From assembly GCA_040218735.1 (NCBI GenBank), contig JAVJQW010000049.1:64001-128000 (forward strand): a stretch of DNA of 64,000 nt, written 5' to 3'. A program made the position numbers and the translations under genes. A model generated the notes under the pieces. That model made no database searches. It was given only the letters and a program-made list of their open reading frames with translations, and was not told where the DNA came from. The DNA comes from Deltaproteobacteria bacterium. Lineage in GTDB: Bacteria; Myxococcota; Kuafuiibacteriia; Kuafuiibacteriales; Kuafuiibacteriaceae. Shown here piece by piece: positions 1 through 12,339 of the stretch (the stretch's first letter is position 1; every line of letters starts with the position of its first letter).

Positions 1-15
1 GGCCGCGGCGACCTG

Positions 16-2217
16 ATGCGCCGCGCGGTCGTCGCGCTCGCGCTCGCACTCGCGCTCGCACTCGCGCTGTACGGCTGCCCGTCCGACGTCGGCCCGGTCG
101 ACCCGACCGCTTACGCGAGCTGCAACGGGCGCTGCGTCGTCGCGTTCGACGTCCCCTACGACTGCGACGGCCCACCGCCGCTCGACCGCGCCGTCGCTGT
201 GGCGGCCGTGCAGCGCTCCAACTACCAAGCCGCCGTCGGCGGTGAGCCCTGTCGCTACGACGACCCGTTCCTCGACGCCCGCTTCGGCCCGACGTGCATC
301 GACGGGACGTGCACGCTGACCCGCGACGACACCAACACCGGGGTCGTGTGCCAGCGCGACGAGGATTGTGGCGCGGGGTACCGCTGCCTCGACGTCGAGG
401 GGTACGCGGACCCGGTCTGCGTCGCGGTCGAGGAGGTGACGTGCACGCCCGAGCCCGTCGCGACGCCGTCGTCACCCGAGCTCCCGCTGCCGACGACGAG
501 GCCGTTCGAGACGGCGCCCATCTGTAACGGTCAACTCGCTCACCTGGGCCCCGACTTCGCCTGTGCACGCGTGGGCTCCGAGTGCGCCGAAGACGGTTGG
601 CCGACGAACCTCCCGGCCGGCGCCGTCTTCGTGGACCCGACCGCTTCCGGTGACGGCACCCGCGCGACGCCGTTCGGTACGCTCGACGAGGCGTTGGCGT
701 CCACCGCCGGCGTCATCGCGCTGCGCACCGGCGACCACGTCGTCACGTCGATCCAACGTGACGTCCAGATTGTCGGCGCGTGTGCCCGGGGCGTGCAGCT
801 GCGCGGTGACCTCGACGTGGTGCGGGGCACTGTCGCGCTCCGCGAGGTCACCACCGAGGGGGTGAGGGTCCGCGCAGCGGCGACGGTAGCGATCGAGGAC
901 GTGACGATGACCGGAGGCGTCGAGGTGCACGGAGCCGCGACGATCCTGCGGTCGTTGTCGACCGGCGCCGACGCCCGCGGGGTGTTGGTGACCGGGTCCG
1001 CCTCCATCGAGCGGTCGGAGATTCGCGACGCTACGGACGAGGGCCTGAGGGTCGAAGCGGCGCAGGCGACGCTCACCGGCGTGTGGATCGGCGGGACGCG
1101 GAGCGTCGAGGAGGACTTCTCCGAGGTGACCATCACCGGGACGAGCGCGGTCACGCTGCGGGACGTACGCGTGGTGGGGTCGAGCTTCGGCGTCGTCCTC
1201 CTGGGCGGGCAGGTCGTGGCGCAGCGCTTGGCGATCGTGCGCGGCACGCAGGCGATCCTCGCGCGGCTCGGCGCCCAGCTCATCGCCCAGACCCTCGACA
1301 TCTTCGGCGTCGATCGAGGTTTGCTGCTCCTCGACGGTGAGGTCGAAATCGAGGATGCCGCGATCCGCGACGTCGATCGCGGGATTCATGTCCTCGCGAT
1401 GACCGAACCGGCGGTGCTTCGCCTGAGAAGGAGCTCGATCCGAGCACGCGAGGAGGGGATCGTCTCGGCCAACGAGCTCGCCACGGTCGCGGTCGAAGAC
1501 GTCGAGCTCCGGGGCCCGATGAGAGCGGCGTTCAGCGTGCAGTTCGGGAGCCTGCAGGCGGTCCGCGTCTTGGTCGAGGACGCAGAACACGGCGCCTTCG
1601 TGTACGGCGGCGACACCACGTTCATCGACCTCACGATGACCGACGTAACGCGAGGCATCGAGGTCGTCGAAGACGGCCGGCTCACCGTCGAACGCGCGCA
1701 CGTTCAGCGCGTCGACGTCGCCGGATTCATCGCAGCGCTGGGCGCGGTGGCCCAGCTCTCGGACGTCGAGGTCATCGAAGGCTCCGGCAACGCCGAGGGA
1801 GAGTTCGGGCGCGCGGTCGCCGTCGAGAGCCAAGCACGAATGAGCGTCCTGCGCGGGCGGTTCATCCGCACGCGGGAGGTCGCCGCGACCGCGCTGCACC
1901 CGGGCTCGCAGCTGTTGCTTCAGGACGTGATCATCGACGAGACGCGGCCGCGGGCGTGCTGCGCCGAGCTCGGTGTCGGCGTCGGGGCCTACGACGGCGC
2001 TTCGGCGGAGCTCATGGGCTTCGATATCTCCGCGCCCCTCGCGTGTCTGCAGGAGGGGAACGGCGGGCGGGTCGCCGGGAGCACGGGCACACTCCGGGAC
2101 TGCATCGTCGGTCACTACATCGACGAGAGCCCGCCGCTCACCGACGTTTGTCACGTGGACGTGATGGCGCGGACGAACGTCGCCGGGATCGAAGTCCCGA
2201 TCGTCTCGCTCCCGTGA
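16..2217 (+). CDS. Lipoprotein with Cys-rich N-terminus and right-handed beta-helix (pectin-lyase-like, DUF1565-type) repeats
   Basis: Signal peptide with lipobox (LYGC); motif GDGTRATPFGTLDEAL; many parallel beta-helix-like repeats. Confidence 0.7.
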   Translation: MRRAVVALALALALALALYGCPSDVGPVDPTAYASCNGRCVVAFDVPYDCDGPPPLDRAVAVAAVQRSNYQAAVGGEPCRYDDPFLDARFGPTCIDGTCTLTRDDTNTGVVCQRDEDCGAGYRCLDVEGYADPVCVAVEEVTCTPEPVATPSSPELPLPTTRPFETAPICNGQLAHLGPDFACARVGSECAEDGWPTNLPAGAVFVDPTASGDGTRATPFGTLDEALASTAGVIALRTGDHVVTSIQRDVQIVGACARGVQLRGDLDVVRGTVALREVTTEGVRVRAAATVAIEDVTMTGGVEVHGAATILRSLSTGADARGVLVTGSASIERSEIRDATDEGLRVEAAQATLTGVWIGGTRSVEEDFSEVTITGTSAVTLRDVRVVGSSFGVVLLGGQVVAQRLAIVRGTQAILARLGAQLIAQTLDIFGVDRGLLLLDGEVEIEDAAIRDVDRGIHVLAMTEPAVLRLRRSSIRAREEGIVSANELATVAVEDVELRGPMRAAFSVQFGSLQAVRVLVEDAEHGAFVYGGDTTFIDLTMTDVTRGIEVVEDGRLTVERAHVQRVDVAGFIAALGAVAQLSDVEVIEGSGNAEGEFGRAVAVESQARMSVLRGRFIRTREVAATALHPGSQLLLQDVIIDETRPRACCAELGVGVGAYDGASAELMGFDISAPLACLQEGNGGRVAGSTGTLRDCIVGHYIDESPPLTDVCHVDVMARTNVAGIEVPIVSLP

Positions 2218-3146
2218 AGCGCGTGCCCCGCGGACCTCACGTACGGCGGTGGGTCGGCGTCATCGCCGCGCTCGCGGCGCTCGTCGCGCCGCTCGCGTAC
2301 GTCGGCTTCACCCCGGGTGCGCTCGTCCTCTCCGTCGCGCGTCACCTGTCGGTGTTGTTCGCGCTCGTCGGCGTGCTCGCGGTGGTGCACCGGGAGTGGC
2401 GAACCGCGCTCCTCGTCGCGCTCGCGTGTGTCGGGTTGTGGCTGCCGTGGTGGATCGCGTCGGTGCCGACGGTCGAGGTCGCGGCGCCGACGTCGCCGTG
2501 TCGGCGGCTCTTCGTCGGCAACGTCTTCGAGCGGAACGTCGAGCCGACCGACGCCATCCGCGCCTCGCTCGACGCCGCCCGCGCCGACGTCACGCTGCTG
2601 ATCGAGCCGCGCCCGGACCTCGTCGCCGAGCTCGCTCGGACCGCGACGGTGATCCTCCACCACGACGCCGAGGCGAAGTTCGATCTCGCCGCGCTCGTCG
2701 TCGACCGCACCTTCGTACGCGCGTCCCGGCTGCACACGTTCGAAGGCACGGGGAGCGTGGTGGGGGAGGTCGAGCTCGCCTGCGAGGTCCCGGTGTCTGT
2801 CTTCTTCGTGCACATCCCGGCGCCGACCGTGCCGCACCAGCAGCGCGCGCGCTGGCACATGAAGGACGCGCTCGCGGCGATCGTGAGGGCGCGCGAGCAC
2901 GTCGTCGTCGCGGGGGACTTCAACGCGACGCCGCCGAGCCCGGTGCTTCGGGATCTCGCGGCCGGCGCCGAGCTCGTGCGGGTGACTTCGGGCGCGACGT
3001 GGCCGGTCCGCTCCGGACCCGTCGGCGTTCCGATCGATCACGTCTTCGTGCGCGGGGTCGACGTTCGCGTCGAACGCCACAGCGTGGCCGGCTCGGACCA
3101 CGCGGGGTACATCGTCGAGGTCAGTCCTCGACGACGTGGCCCTTGA
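2214..3146 (+). CDS. Endonuclease/exonuclease/phosphatase (EEP) family membrane protein
   Basis: GTG at 2214 overlaps the previous stop (GTGA); N-terminal TM helices; motifs GDFNA, PIDHVF, GSDH. Confidence 0.8.
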   Translation: MKRVPRGPHVRRWVGVIAALAALVAPLAYVGFTPGALVLSVARHLSVLFALVGVLAVVHREWRTALLVALACVGLWLPWWIASVPTVEVAAPTSPCRRLFVGNVFERNVEPTDAIRASLDAARADVTLLIEPRPDLVAELARTATVILHHDAEAKFDLAALVVDRTFVRASRLHTFEGTGSVVGEVELACEVPVSVFFVHIPAPTVPHQQRARWHMKDALAAIVRAREHVVVAGDFNATPPSPVLRDLAAGAELVRVTSGATWPVRSGPVGVPIDHVFVRGVDVRVERHSVAGSDHAGYIVEVSPRRRGP

Positions 3147-4530
3147 ACACCTCGCGGAAGCCGGCCCACTTGTGGCGGTCGAAGCCGCGGTCCGACACAC
3201 ACTCGACGGCGCAGTAGGCCATGAACAGCGCGTGGTGGAGGTTGTCGTGGGCGAAGAGGCCCTGGCGCCCGAACGTGAGGAAGCCGTCGAGGTCGCTCAC
3301 GAACTGGTCGAGCGCGGTGAGCGGTCGGTCGTACCCCTTCAGGTAGATCGGGTACGCCTGCGGGAGCCGCTTCGTGAACACCTGCTTCGGCGGGTGCGGG
3401 ACGTGCAGATCCGCCCGGGCCATGTCTTCGACGAGGAGCTTGCCGAGGTCCTCGTCGCTCATGGTCCACAACGCGTCGCCGAGGTCGCAGGGGATCTCGG
3501 CGCACAGCACCGTGCTGCCGTTGGGTGCGGTGTGGCCGTAGTAGTTCTTCGGCTCCGAGAGGCGCGTCATCTTGACGTTCTCTTCGGGGAAGTAGTGCGC
3601 GTCCGTCGCGTGGAACTGCTGCACGTCGAACTGGGCGTAGACCAACACCATCGCGCGGTAGTCGATCTGATCGATCGCGTCCGTGATCGTGTGCGGCGCG
3701 GCGGGGGACATCATCTTCGTCGCGAGCGTGACCGGGATGGTCGACCACACCTGGTCGGCCTCGATCGAGCGTGGCCCGTCGGCGTTCTTCACCTCCACGG
3801 TCCAGCGCCCGCCGCCTTCGGTGGGGCGCTTCAGCGCGCTGACCTCGGTGGAGGTGAGTAGCTCGGCGCCCGCGTCCTTCGCGGCGCGCGCGAACGCGCC
3901 GCTGATCTGCCCGTAGCCCTCCTTGGGGTAGTAGAAGCGCCCTGCGCCCGGCGGCTTGAGGACCTTCTTCACGAGCTTCGCGAACGTCCCGCTCGACACA
4001 CGTTTGTACGCCTGGATGTCCGAGAGGACCTCGGGCTCGCGGCCCCACATCTTGCGCGCGTACGGGAAGTAGAAGTGCTCGCAGATCGTCGGCCCGAGGT
4101 TGGCCTCGAGCACCGACGCAAACGTGTCGCCGGGATCCTTCTTGCCGGGGAGGGCGCCGCGCGCCATGTCGGTCGCGGCGCCGACGGCGAAGCGTTTGTC
4201 CAGCGAGAGGAAGAGGTCCTTCGCCTGGAGCGGGAACTTCACCCACTTGCCGCGGAGGCGGATGCGGCCGTTGCGCGGGCGGTCGGCGAGGTCGCCGGCG
4301 AGGAGGCGTTGGATGTCCGCGAGGATGTTCGCGTGACACGCGGAGTGGAGGCGGTGGCTCCCGTAGTCGAGGTGCTGTCCGCACGCGTCGAAGCTGCCGG
4401 CGTTGCCGCCGAAGCCCTCGTTCCGTTCGACGAGCGTGACCGTCGCGCGGTCCGACTGCCGGAGTTTGTACGCGGCGCCGACACCCGCCGGACCTCCGCC
4501 GAGCACGACGACGTGCGGCTTCCCCATCAC
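3121..4530 (-). CDS. FAD-dependent oxidoreductase (protoporphyrinogen oxidase/UDP-galactopyranose mutase-like superfamily)
   Basis: GGGPAG Rossmann motif, DYGSH, AYPIY, GRQGLF; paralogous to 6491..8335. Confidence 0.8.
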   Translation of the reverse strand: MMGKPHVVVLGGGPAGVGAAYKLRQSDRATVTLVERNEGFGGNAGSFDACGQHLDYGSHRLHSACHANILADIQRLLAGDLADRPRNGRIRLRGKWVKFPLQAKDLFLSLDKRFAVGAATDMARGALPGKKDPGDTFASVLEANLGPTICEHFYFPYARKMWGREPEVLSDIQAYKRVSSGTFAKLVKKVLKPPGAGRFYYPKEGYGQISGAFARAAKDAGAELLTSTEVSALKRPTEGGGRWTVEVKNADGPRSIEADQVWSTIPVTLATKMMSPAAPHTITDAIDQIDYRAMVLVYAQFDVQQFHATDAHYFPEENVKMTRLSEPKNYYGHTAPNGSTVLCAEIPCDLGDALWTMSDEDLGKLLVEDMARADLHVPHPPKQVFTKRLPQAYPIYLKGYDRPLTALDQFVSDLDGFLTFGRQGLFAHDNLHHALFMAYCAVECVSDRGFDRHKWAGFREVFKGHVVED

Positions 4531-4552
4531 GGCTCGCGTAACACCAAACTTT

Positions 4553-6385
4553 TCAGAGCGCGACCAGGTCGCGGCAGGTCACGGCCTCGGGCTCCGTCGC
4601 GCCGAGCCGCGTGTACAGGCAGAGCGTATGCAGACCCTCCGCGACGGATACACCGATGTCGACGGTGCCGCTCCCGGGGATCGCGGCCTGCGTGCGCCCG
4701 CCGTTGTCGAGCGCGTACTCGAACGTGAGGCCCGCCGCGCCGACGACCGTGAACGTCGCCGCGCCGACCGGTAACAACACCTGCGTGGCTTCGGCCCAGG
4801 CGGGGGCGCGGGTGAACACCGCCGGTGTGACCATGAGGCCCGCGACGGTGGGGGCGTCGATGCGTACGAACCCGTCGCCGCCGTCGCCGCCCACGCCGTC
4901 CGCGCAGCTGTAACCGAGGCCCCCGGCGCCGCCGGTGACGTCGATCGTGCCGGTGAAGGTCGCGTCGCGCGCGCGGAGGAGGATCGCGCCGCCCGCGCCG
5001 CCGCCTCCCGCCGTCGCCGCCGCGACGCAGCCGAGCCCGGTCACGAGATCCACGCCGACGCCCCCCTGCGCGGAGAGTGTGCCGGTGAGGCTGAGCGTCG
5101 AGCGTGCGCGCAGCTCGAGCACACCGCCGCCGCCGGCCCCGGTCGAGCCCTGTCCGCCGCCGCCGCCGCCGCCGCCGTGCGCCGACAGCGGGATGAGGAA
5201 CGCGTTGACGTTGGTCGCGGGGGTCCCGCCCGACGCGAAGCCGCCGCCGCCGTCACCGCCCGCCGTGCGGTTCGCGCCGCCGGCGCCGCCGCTCGCCGCG
5301 AGGAGGCCCGCGACGCCGGCGCGCCCCTCGGCGCCGCCCTTGGGCGGACACGGCGCCGCCTGGCGTGTGCCTCCGCCTTGGCATCCGGCCGGGCCCGCGG
5401 TGCGGTTGGTATGGCCGTCGACGCGCACCGTGCCGTCGATCGTGACGGGGCCGTTGGCGTCGAGCACCGCAGGGCCGTTGGTGGTGACCGTGAGGACCGC
5501 GCCGGCGGCGACGTCGATGCGCGCGTAGCGAGCGCGTGGGTTGGCGAGCGTGGTCATCGAAGTGACGTCGAGCTCGTCGCGTCCGATCAGGAGCGTCGTC
5601 TGCGTGGCCTGTGCGGCGCCGTTGGCGACCGAGATCGCGATCGCGCGCGTGTCACCCTCGTCGAGGGTGGTGTCGACGCCGACGTCGAGCACCGCGGCCG
5701 CGCGTGTGCCGGCGGCGTTTACTGCGGACGTGAGCACGTCGATCGTCGGGTCCGACACGACCACGCTCCCGCCGGGCGGGAGCAGCACGCCGGTGATCCA
5801 CACCGGCACGCCACGCGCGCCGTCTTCGAGCATCCCGGAGCCGAAGACGATCTGCGTGATCTGAGGGACCCCACCGTCGCGCAGGCCGCCGTCACGGAAG
5901 CCGGCGTCGACCTGACCGGCGTCCACCGCGCCGCCGTCGCGCGGGGTCGGGGTGCCGCCGTCACGCGGGGGGGCGTCGCCGCCGTCGCGTGGGGTGTTGA
6001 TGCCGCCGTCGCGCGGGTCTTCGCCGCCGTCGCGTGGTTCTTCGCCGCCGCCGTCGCGGGGATCTTCGCCTCCATCGCGCGGCGTATCTTCGCCGCCGTC
6101 CCGCAACGCGCCGGCATCGCGCTCCGGTCCGCCGTCGCCCGCGTCGCGCGCCGCGCCGCCGTCGCGTTCGCCGCCGTCGAGCACGCCGCCGTCGCCGGCT
6201 TCGTCGCCGCCGTCGCGGGGCGTGAGCCCGGAGTCACGGAGGTCGTCGCCCCCGTCCCGCGGTGCAGCATCACCTGCGTCGCGGTCCGCGGTGACGCCAC
6301 GGAAACGATCCCCGTCGATCGCGAGCGAGCAACCGCTCGCGAAGACGAGCGCGGATCCGAGGGCAACGAGTACAGAAGCGCGCAC
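4553..6385 (-). CDS. Lipoprotein with (P)RDGG repeat linker and Gly-rich C-terminal region
   Basis: Lipobox ASGC; many RDGG/DAG repeats; GGGGAGG tracts. Confidence 0.7.
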   Translation of the reverse strand: MRASVLVALGSALVFASGCSLAIDGDRFRGVTADRDAGDAAPRDGGDDLRDSGLTPRDGGDEAGDGGVLDGGERDGGAARDAGDGGPERDAGALRDGGEDTPRDGGEDPRDGGGEEPRDGGEDPRDGGINTPRDGGDAPPRDGGTPTPRDGGAVDAGQVDAGFRDGGLRDGGVPQITQIVFGSGMLEDGARGVPVWITGVLLPPGGSVVVSDPTIDVLTSAVNAAGTRAAAVLDVGVDTTLDEGDTRAIAISVANGAAQATQTTLLIGRDELDVTSMTTLANPRARYARIDVAAGAVLTVTTNGPAVLDANGPVTIDGTVRVDGHTNRTAGPAGCQGGGTRQAAPCPPKGGAEGRAGVAGLLAASGGAGGANRTAGGDGGGGFASGGTPATNVNAFLIPLSAHGGGGGGGGQGSTGAGGGGVLELRARSTLSLTGTLSAQGGVGVDLVTGLGCVAAATAGGGGAGGAILLRARDATFTGTIDVTGGAGGLGYSCADGVGGDGGDGFVRIDAPTVAGLMVTPAVFTRAPAWAEATQVLLPVGAATFTVVGAAGLTFEYALDNGGRTQAAIPGSGTVDIGVSVAEGLHTLCLYTRLGATEPEAVTCRDLVAL

Positions 6386-6490
6386 GGTGGAGTGCTATCG
6401 TATGCGCTTCGTGCGCCGATTCGCGACCATGGACTTGATCGAAGTTCGACCCCGTCGTACCCCCGAGGCGTCCGATCTCGGACCGAGAGC

Positions 6491-8335
6491 ATGACCGACA
6501 CGCCTGACAACACACGCGCCATCGTCATCGGTGCGGGCCCCGCCGGGCTCACCGCCGCCTACGAGATCGTCGAAGGCGGCGCGGAGGCCATCGTCTTCGA
6601 ACAAGCCCACATCGTCGGCGGGATCTCGCGAACCGATCAGTACAAGGGCTACCGGTTCGATATCGGCGGCCACCGCTTCTTCACGAAGGTGAAGATCGTC
6701 CAGGACTGGTGGATGAACATCCTGGCCGACGAGTTCCTCGTGCGGCCGCGGCTGTCGCGCATCTATTACAACGACAAGTTCTTCGACTACCCGCTCAAAC
6801 CGATGAACGCCCTTCTCGGATTGGGACCGGTCGAGGCGGTGCTCATCGGGTTTTCGTACGTCAAAGCGCAACTCTTTCCGGTGAAGCCGGAGGAGAACCT
6901 CGAGCAGTGGGTGTCGAATCGGTTCGGCAAACGCCTCTATTCGATCTTCTTCAAGACGTACACGGAGAAGGTCTGGGGCATGCCGTGCACGGAGATCGGC
7001 GCGGACTGGGCGGCGCAGCGGATCAAGAACCTCGATCTGAAGACCGCCGTGAAGAACGCGTTCCTCGGTCAGCGCGGCAGCGACGGAGAGGTCGTCACCA
7101 CGCTCATCGAAGAGTTCCACTACCCGCGGCACGGACCCGGGATGATGTGGGAACGGGTCACGGAGCTGCTCCGCGAAAAGGGCCACCCGGTGCGGATGGG
7201 CAAGCGGGTGAAGACGCTCCACCACGAGGGCGGTCGCGTCGTCGCGGTCACCGTCGTCGATCGTGAAGGCAACGCGGAGCGCCACGAGGGCACGGACTTC
7301 ATCTCGTCGATGCCGATCCGCGAGCTGCTCAACGCGTTCGATCCGCCGCCGCCGCCCGAGGTGCTCGAGGCGGCGAACAAACTCCGCTACCGCGACTTCC
7401 TCACGGTCGGGTTGATCGTCGGCAAGGAGGAGCTGTTCCCCGACAACTGGATCTACATCCACTCCGAGAAGGTGAAGGTCGGGCGCGTCCAGAACTTCAA
7501 GAACTGGAGCCCGGAGATGGTGCCCGAGGAGGGCAAGAGCTCCATCGGCCTCGAGTACTTCGTGCAGGAGAACGACGAGGTCTGGAGCGCGAAGGACGAG
7601 GACCTCATCGAGCTCGCCAAGAAGGAGATGCACACGCTCGGCTTGGTGGATGAAAAGGACGTCGAGGACGGCGTCGTCATCCGGATGCCGAAGGCGTACC
7701 CGGTCTACGATCAGGTCTACAAGGAAGCGCTGGAGGTGCTGCGCGGGTACCTCGATCCGATCGAGAACCTGCAGCTCGTGGGGCGTAACGGCCAGCACCG
7801 TTACAACAACCAGGACCACTCGATGGTCACCGCGATCTACGCGGCGCACAACGTCCTCGGTAAGCGGCGCCGCGACGTCTGGGACGTGAACGTCGAGCAG
7901 GAGTACCACGAGGAGGTCTCGGAGAACGAAGCGAAGGGCGCGACCGGTGACCGCCTGGTCCCGCAGCGCCTCGTCCTCGATCCGATGCTCGTCCTGCGGC
8001 GCGCGTTTGCGCGCTACGACCCGGTCGCGCTGGGCGGCGCGACGGGGGGCATCCTCGCCCTCGGGCTGTTCATCGCGACGGCGGCGCTGCTCATCAAGGG
8101 CGGCACCGTGGTTGGACCGCACCTGTCGCTGCTGTCGAACTATCTCCTCGGGTTCAAGGTGAGCTGGCCCGGCGCGTTCGTGGGGATGCTCGAAGCGGGT
8201 GTCATCGGGTTCGTGTTCGGCTACGTGCTGGCGTCGGTCATCAACCTCGTCGTGTCGATCCACGAGCGCGCGCTGTTGTCGCGGCTCGAACAGTCGACGG
8301 CCCTGGAATCCCTCAACCTGGAGCCCCCATCGTGA
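6491..8335 (+). CDS. NAD(P)/FAD-dependent oxidoreductase with C-terminal membrane domain
   Basis: True start taken as ATG 6491 (the ORF-track extension from 5177 is the antisense of the upstream gene); [34 protein letters not shown]; hydrophobic C-terminus. Confidence 0.85.
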   Translation: MTDTPDNTRAIVIGAGPAGLTAAYEIVEGGAEAIVFEQAHIVGGISRTDQYKGYRFDIGGHRFFTKVKIVQDWWMNILADEFLVRPRLSRIYYNDKFFDYPLKPMNALLGLGPVEAVLIGFSYVKAQLFPVKPEENLEQWVSNRFGKRLYSIFFKTYTEKVWGMPCTEIGADWAAQRIKNLDLKTAVKNAFLGQRGSDGEVVTTLIEEFHYPRHGPGMMWERVTELLREKGHPVRMGKRVKTLHHEGGRVVAVTVVDREGNAERHEGTDFISSMPIRELLNAFDPPPPPEVLEAANKLRYRDFLTVGLIVGKEELFPDNWIYIHSEKVKVGRVQNFKNWSPEMVPEEGKSSIGLEYFVQENDEVWSAKDEDLIELAKKEMHTLGLVDEKDVEDGVVIRMPKAYPVYDQVYKEALEVLRGYLDPIENLQLVGRNGQHRYNNQDHSMVTAIYAAHNVLGKRRRDVWDVNVEQEYHEEVSENEAKGATGDRLVPQRLVLDPMLVLRRAFARYDPVALGGATGGILALGLFIATAALLIKGGTVVGPHLSLLSNYLLGFKVSWPGAFVGMLEAGVIGFVFGYVLASVINLVVSIHERALLSRLEQSTALESLNLEPPS

Positions 8336-8658
8336 GCAACCAAGAGCTGACCAACAACGAGTGGCGCGAGATCGATCGCGCGATCGCGCGCCTTCGGGCG
8401 TCGGTCATGGCCGTCGTGTTCGCGATGGTCGGTGGGTTCGGCCTGTTCGTGGCGACGATGTGGCTGGTCATCCAGGGCGGCAAGGTCGTCGGACCGACGC
8501 TGTCGCTGCTGTCGAACTACTACCCGGGGTACACCGTGACGGTGGGCGGCTCGTTCATCGGGCTCGTCTACGGCGCGCTGACCGGCGCCCTCATCGGGTA
8601 CGTGTTCGCGCTCGTGTACAATCTGATCGCGGGCAAGCGGCACGGTCCAGCGGACTGA
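8332..8658 (+). CDS. Small membrane protein, paralog of the C-terminal domain of the upstream oxidoreductase
   Basis: GTGA coupling; shared motif GGxVVGPxLSLLSNY; hydrophobic helices. Confidence 0.75.
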   Translation: MSNQELTNNEWREIDRAIARLRASVMAVVFAMVGGFGLFVATMWLVIQGGKVVGPTLSLLSNYYPGYTVTVGGSFIGLVYGALTGALIGYVFALVYNLIAGKRHGPAD

Positions 8659-8686
8659 GCGGCGCGCCCCGGGAGGTTGTTGGGGC

Positions 8687-9670
<984 letters not shown>

Positions 9671-9679
9671 CCGCGACGT

Positions 9680-10312
9680 TCAGATCGCCGCGGCGGCGCG
9701 GGTCCGACTGTCCAGCACCTGCACGATCGTCTCGGGGCTCTGCGCACCGGGGATCGGGTAGCGGCCATCGACCACGTAGAACGGGACGCCGGTGATCGTC
9801 TCGGCGCGGGCGGTTTCGGCTTCGGCGCGGATGCGGTCGCGGTCGTCGCCGCTCTCGAGGCGAGTGAGGACCTGCGCTTCGTCGAGGCCGTGCTCGCCGG
9901 CGATGCGCGCGAGCACGTCGAACGCACCGACGTCCTCACCGCGCTCGAAGTAGGCGGAGAGGAGGGCGGTCGCGACCTCGTCCTGGCGGTCGACCTGCTC
10001 GGCCCAGTCGATCACGCAGTGCGCGGCGGTCGTGTCCGGGACGCGCGTGATGCGGTCGTAGTCGACGTCGAGGCCCACCGCGCGCGCGGCGTCTTCGACA
10101 CGACGGAACATGCGGCCCGACGCGCGGCCGAACTTCATGGTCATCAGCTCGTCCTTCGCCATCCCGCCGGGGCTCAGGTACGGATGCAGGAGGAACGGCC
10201 GCCAGCGAATGCTCGTGACCAGGCCCGGGCGCTGCTCGAGCGCGAGCTCCAGGTGACGGCGGCCGATGAGGCACCAGGGGCACACGACGTCGGAGACGAT
10301 GTCGATCTGCAC
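9680..10312 (-). CDS. DsbA/FrnE family oxidoreductase
   Basis: SDVVCPWC active site, GVPF cis-Pro, GAQ motif; start placed at GTG 10312. Confidence 0.85.
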   Translation of the reverse strand: MQIDIVSDVVCPWCLIGRRHLELALEQRPGLVTSIRWRPFLLHPYLSPGGMAKDELMTMKFGRASGRMFRRVEDAARAVGLDVDYDRITRVPDTTAAHCVIDWAEQVDRQDEVATALLSAYFERGEDVGAFDVLARIAGEHGLDEAQVLTRLESGDDRDRIRAEAETARAETITGVPFYVVDGRYPIPGAQSPETIVQVLDSRTRAAAAI

Positions 10313-10406
10313 GGGCGAAGCGTGGCACGCGCGATCCGGCTTCGGTAGCCGGGTGATCCCAGCACCGACCTTGCGCGCGGTGCGCGCACACGATCGACCG
10401 TGCAAG

Positions 10407-11348
10407 TCAGGCGAGCTTAGAAAAATACGCGATGGTCTTTTCGAGCCCGACCTCGAGCGGCACCTTCGGCGCCCAGTCGAGGATCGTCTTCGCCTTGGTG
10501 ATGTCCGGGCAGCGGCGCACCGGATCGTCCTGCGGCAGCGGCTTTTCGATCAGCGTGCTCTTCGACCCCGTGAGGCGGATGACCGTCTCGGCGAGCTCGC
10601 GGATCGTCGTCTCCACCGGGTTGCCGAGGTTGATGGGACCGGTGACCTCGTCGGGCGCGGCCATCAGGCGCAAGAAACCTTCGATCAGATCGTCCACGTA
10701 GCAAAACGCGCGCGTCTGCGAGCCGTCGCCGTAGATCGTGATCGGCTCGCCGCGCAGCGCCTGCATGATGAAGTTCGACACGACGCGCCCGTCGTTCGGG
10801 TGCATCCGCGGACCGTAGGTGTTGAAGATGCGCGCGACGCGAATCGGGATGCCGTGCTGGCGGTGATAGTCGAAGAAGAGCGTCTCCGCGCAGCGTTTGC
10901 CTTCGTCGTAGCAGGCGCGCGGACCGATGGGGTTGATGCTCCCGCGGTACTCCTCGGGCTGCGGGTGCACTTCGGGGTCGCCGTACACCTCGGAGGTCGA
11001 CGCCTGGAACACCTTCGCGCGGAGGCGCTTCGCGAGGCCGAGCACGTTGATCGCGCCGTGCACGCTGGTCTTCGTGGTCTGCACCGGGTCGTGCTGGTAG
11101 TGCACCGGCGAGGCGGGGCAGGCGAGGTTGTAGATCTCGTCGACCTCCACGTAGAGCGGGAACGTCACGTCGTGGCGCATCAGCTCGAAGAGCGGCTCGT
11201 TCAAGAGCCCGAGCAGGTTCGCCTTGCGTCCGGTGAAGTAGTTGTCGACGCACAGGACGTCGTGGCCCTCGGCGATGAGGCGTTCACAGAGGTGGGAGCC
11301 GAGGAAGCCCGCGCCGCCGGTGACCAGGATGCGTTTCGAGGTCAGCAC
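10407..11348 (-). CDS. UDP-glucuronic acid decarboxylase (UDP-xylose synthase family SDR)
   Basis: [45 protein letters not shown]; start approximate. Confidence 0.9.
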   Translation of the reverse strand: MLTSKRILVTGGAGFLGSHLCERLIAEGHDVLCVDNYFTGRKANLLGLLNEPLFELMRHDVTFPLYVEVDEIYNLACPASPVHYQHDPVQTTKTSVHGAINVLGLAKRLRAKVFQASTSEVYGDPEVHPQPEEYRGSINPIGPRACYDEGKRCAETLFFDYHRQHGIPIRVARIFNTYGPRMHPNDGRVVSNFIMQALRGEPITIYGDGSQTRAFCYVDDLIEGFLRLMAAPDEVTGPINLGNPVETTIRELAETVIRLTGSKSTLIEKPLPQDDPVRRCPDITKAKTILDWAPKVPLEVGLEKTIAYFSKLA

Positions 11349-11376
11349 CAAGCAAGGGCGTAACACCGCGCCGGGT

Positions 11377-12339
11377 TCAGCGCGAGTGCCCGCGGGTGAA
11401 CAGCCACCACGCGCCGGCGATGAAACCGCCCACGATCAGGATGCTCTGCCAGACGAGCGACTCCGCCACCGCGAGCGAGGCGGAGGCGAACGGCTTCACC
11501 AGCGCGCCGAACGCCGCCTCCCGCACGCCGAGGCCGCCGAGGCTCACCGGCACCATCGCCGCCACCTTCGCGAGCGGCCACAGCAGGAACCAGAGCCGAA
11601 GGTCCAGCTCCAGGCCCATCATGTTGCCGAGGTGCACGTTCACGAGCACGAACCCCGCCTGCAGCGAGAGGCACCACGCGAGGCCGAGGGCGGCGCGCGG
11701 TGCGTTCTTCGCCATCGTGCCGGCGGCGACCAGGAGGCGCTCGACGATCGCCTGGACCTTCGTCGGGAGTTTGTCGCGCGGGAACTTCGCGAGGAACAGC
11801 CACAGCACGAGCAGGCCCAGCACGCCGAGGCCGAGCACCACGAAGAACACCACGAAGCCGTCGATGGCGCCGGGGAGATCCTCCATCGCGGAGGGGGCGA
11901 CGACGAAGCCGATCCCCACGAGGAGCCCGAGCGCGGCGACGTCGCTCAGCCGGTCCACGACGCTGCCCAGCGCGATGGCCTCCTTGTCCTCGACGACCGA
12001 CATCGCGAGGCCCGCGCGCAGCACGTCGCCGCCGACGAGGGAGGGGAGGCAGAGGTTCGCGAACAGGCCGGCGCCGTAGAAACGAATCGCGCTCGGGAAC
12101 GGGAGCTTCGCGCCGGCGAGGCCGAGGAAGAAGCGCCACTTCGCAGCGGAGACGAAGTGCAGCCCGAGGAAGCCGACGAGGCCCACGAGCCACGGGCCGA
12201 GGCGCACCTTGTCGAAGGCTTCGAGGATCGCGTCCGGGCCGATGATGGCGAAGACGACGCCGAGGACGGCGAGGCTCGCGCCGAGTTTGACGGCCGCCTT
12301 GAGCGGTTTGACGCGCGGGCGCGCGGCTACCTCGGCCAT
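11377..12339 (-). CDS. Lysylphosphatidylglycerol synthase TM-like (UPF0104) flippase-like membrane protein
   Basis: Multiple TM helices; [10 protein letters not shown] and [11 protein letters not shown] motifs. Confidence 0.8.
   Translation of the reverse strand: MAEVAARPRVKPLKAAVKLGASLAVLGVVFAIIGPDAILEAFDKVRLGPWLVGLVGFLGLHFVSAAKWRFFLGLAGAKLPFPSAIRFYGAGLFANLCLPSLVGGDVLRAGLAMSVVEDKEAIALGSVVDRLSDVAALGLLVGIGFVVAPSAMEDLPGAIDGFVVFFVVLGLGVLGLLVLWLFLAKFPRDKLPTKVQAIVERLLVAAGTMAKNAPRAALGLAWCLSLQAGFVLVNVHLGNMMGLELDLRLWFLLWPLAKVAAMVPVSLGGLGVREAAFGALVKPFASASLAVAESLVWQSILIVGGFIAGAWWLFTRGHSR

Noticed and set aside
3121-3146. Short convergent 3' overlaps (also 29203-29222 and 43901-43941)
   Set aside because: Common in compact high-GC genomes; no sign of special function.
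5177-6490. Apparent N-terminal extensions giving giant fusions (5177..8335, 16326..18422, 47012..48850, 52879..57297, 59625..61574, 60104..63154)
   Set aside because: The extensions overlap real genes in other frames or strands; true starts lie downstream at the domain or signal-peptide boundary.
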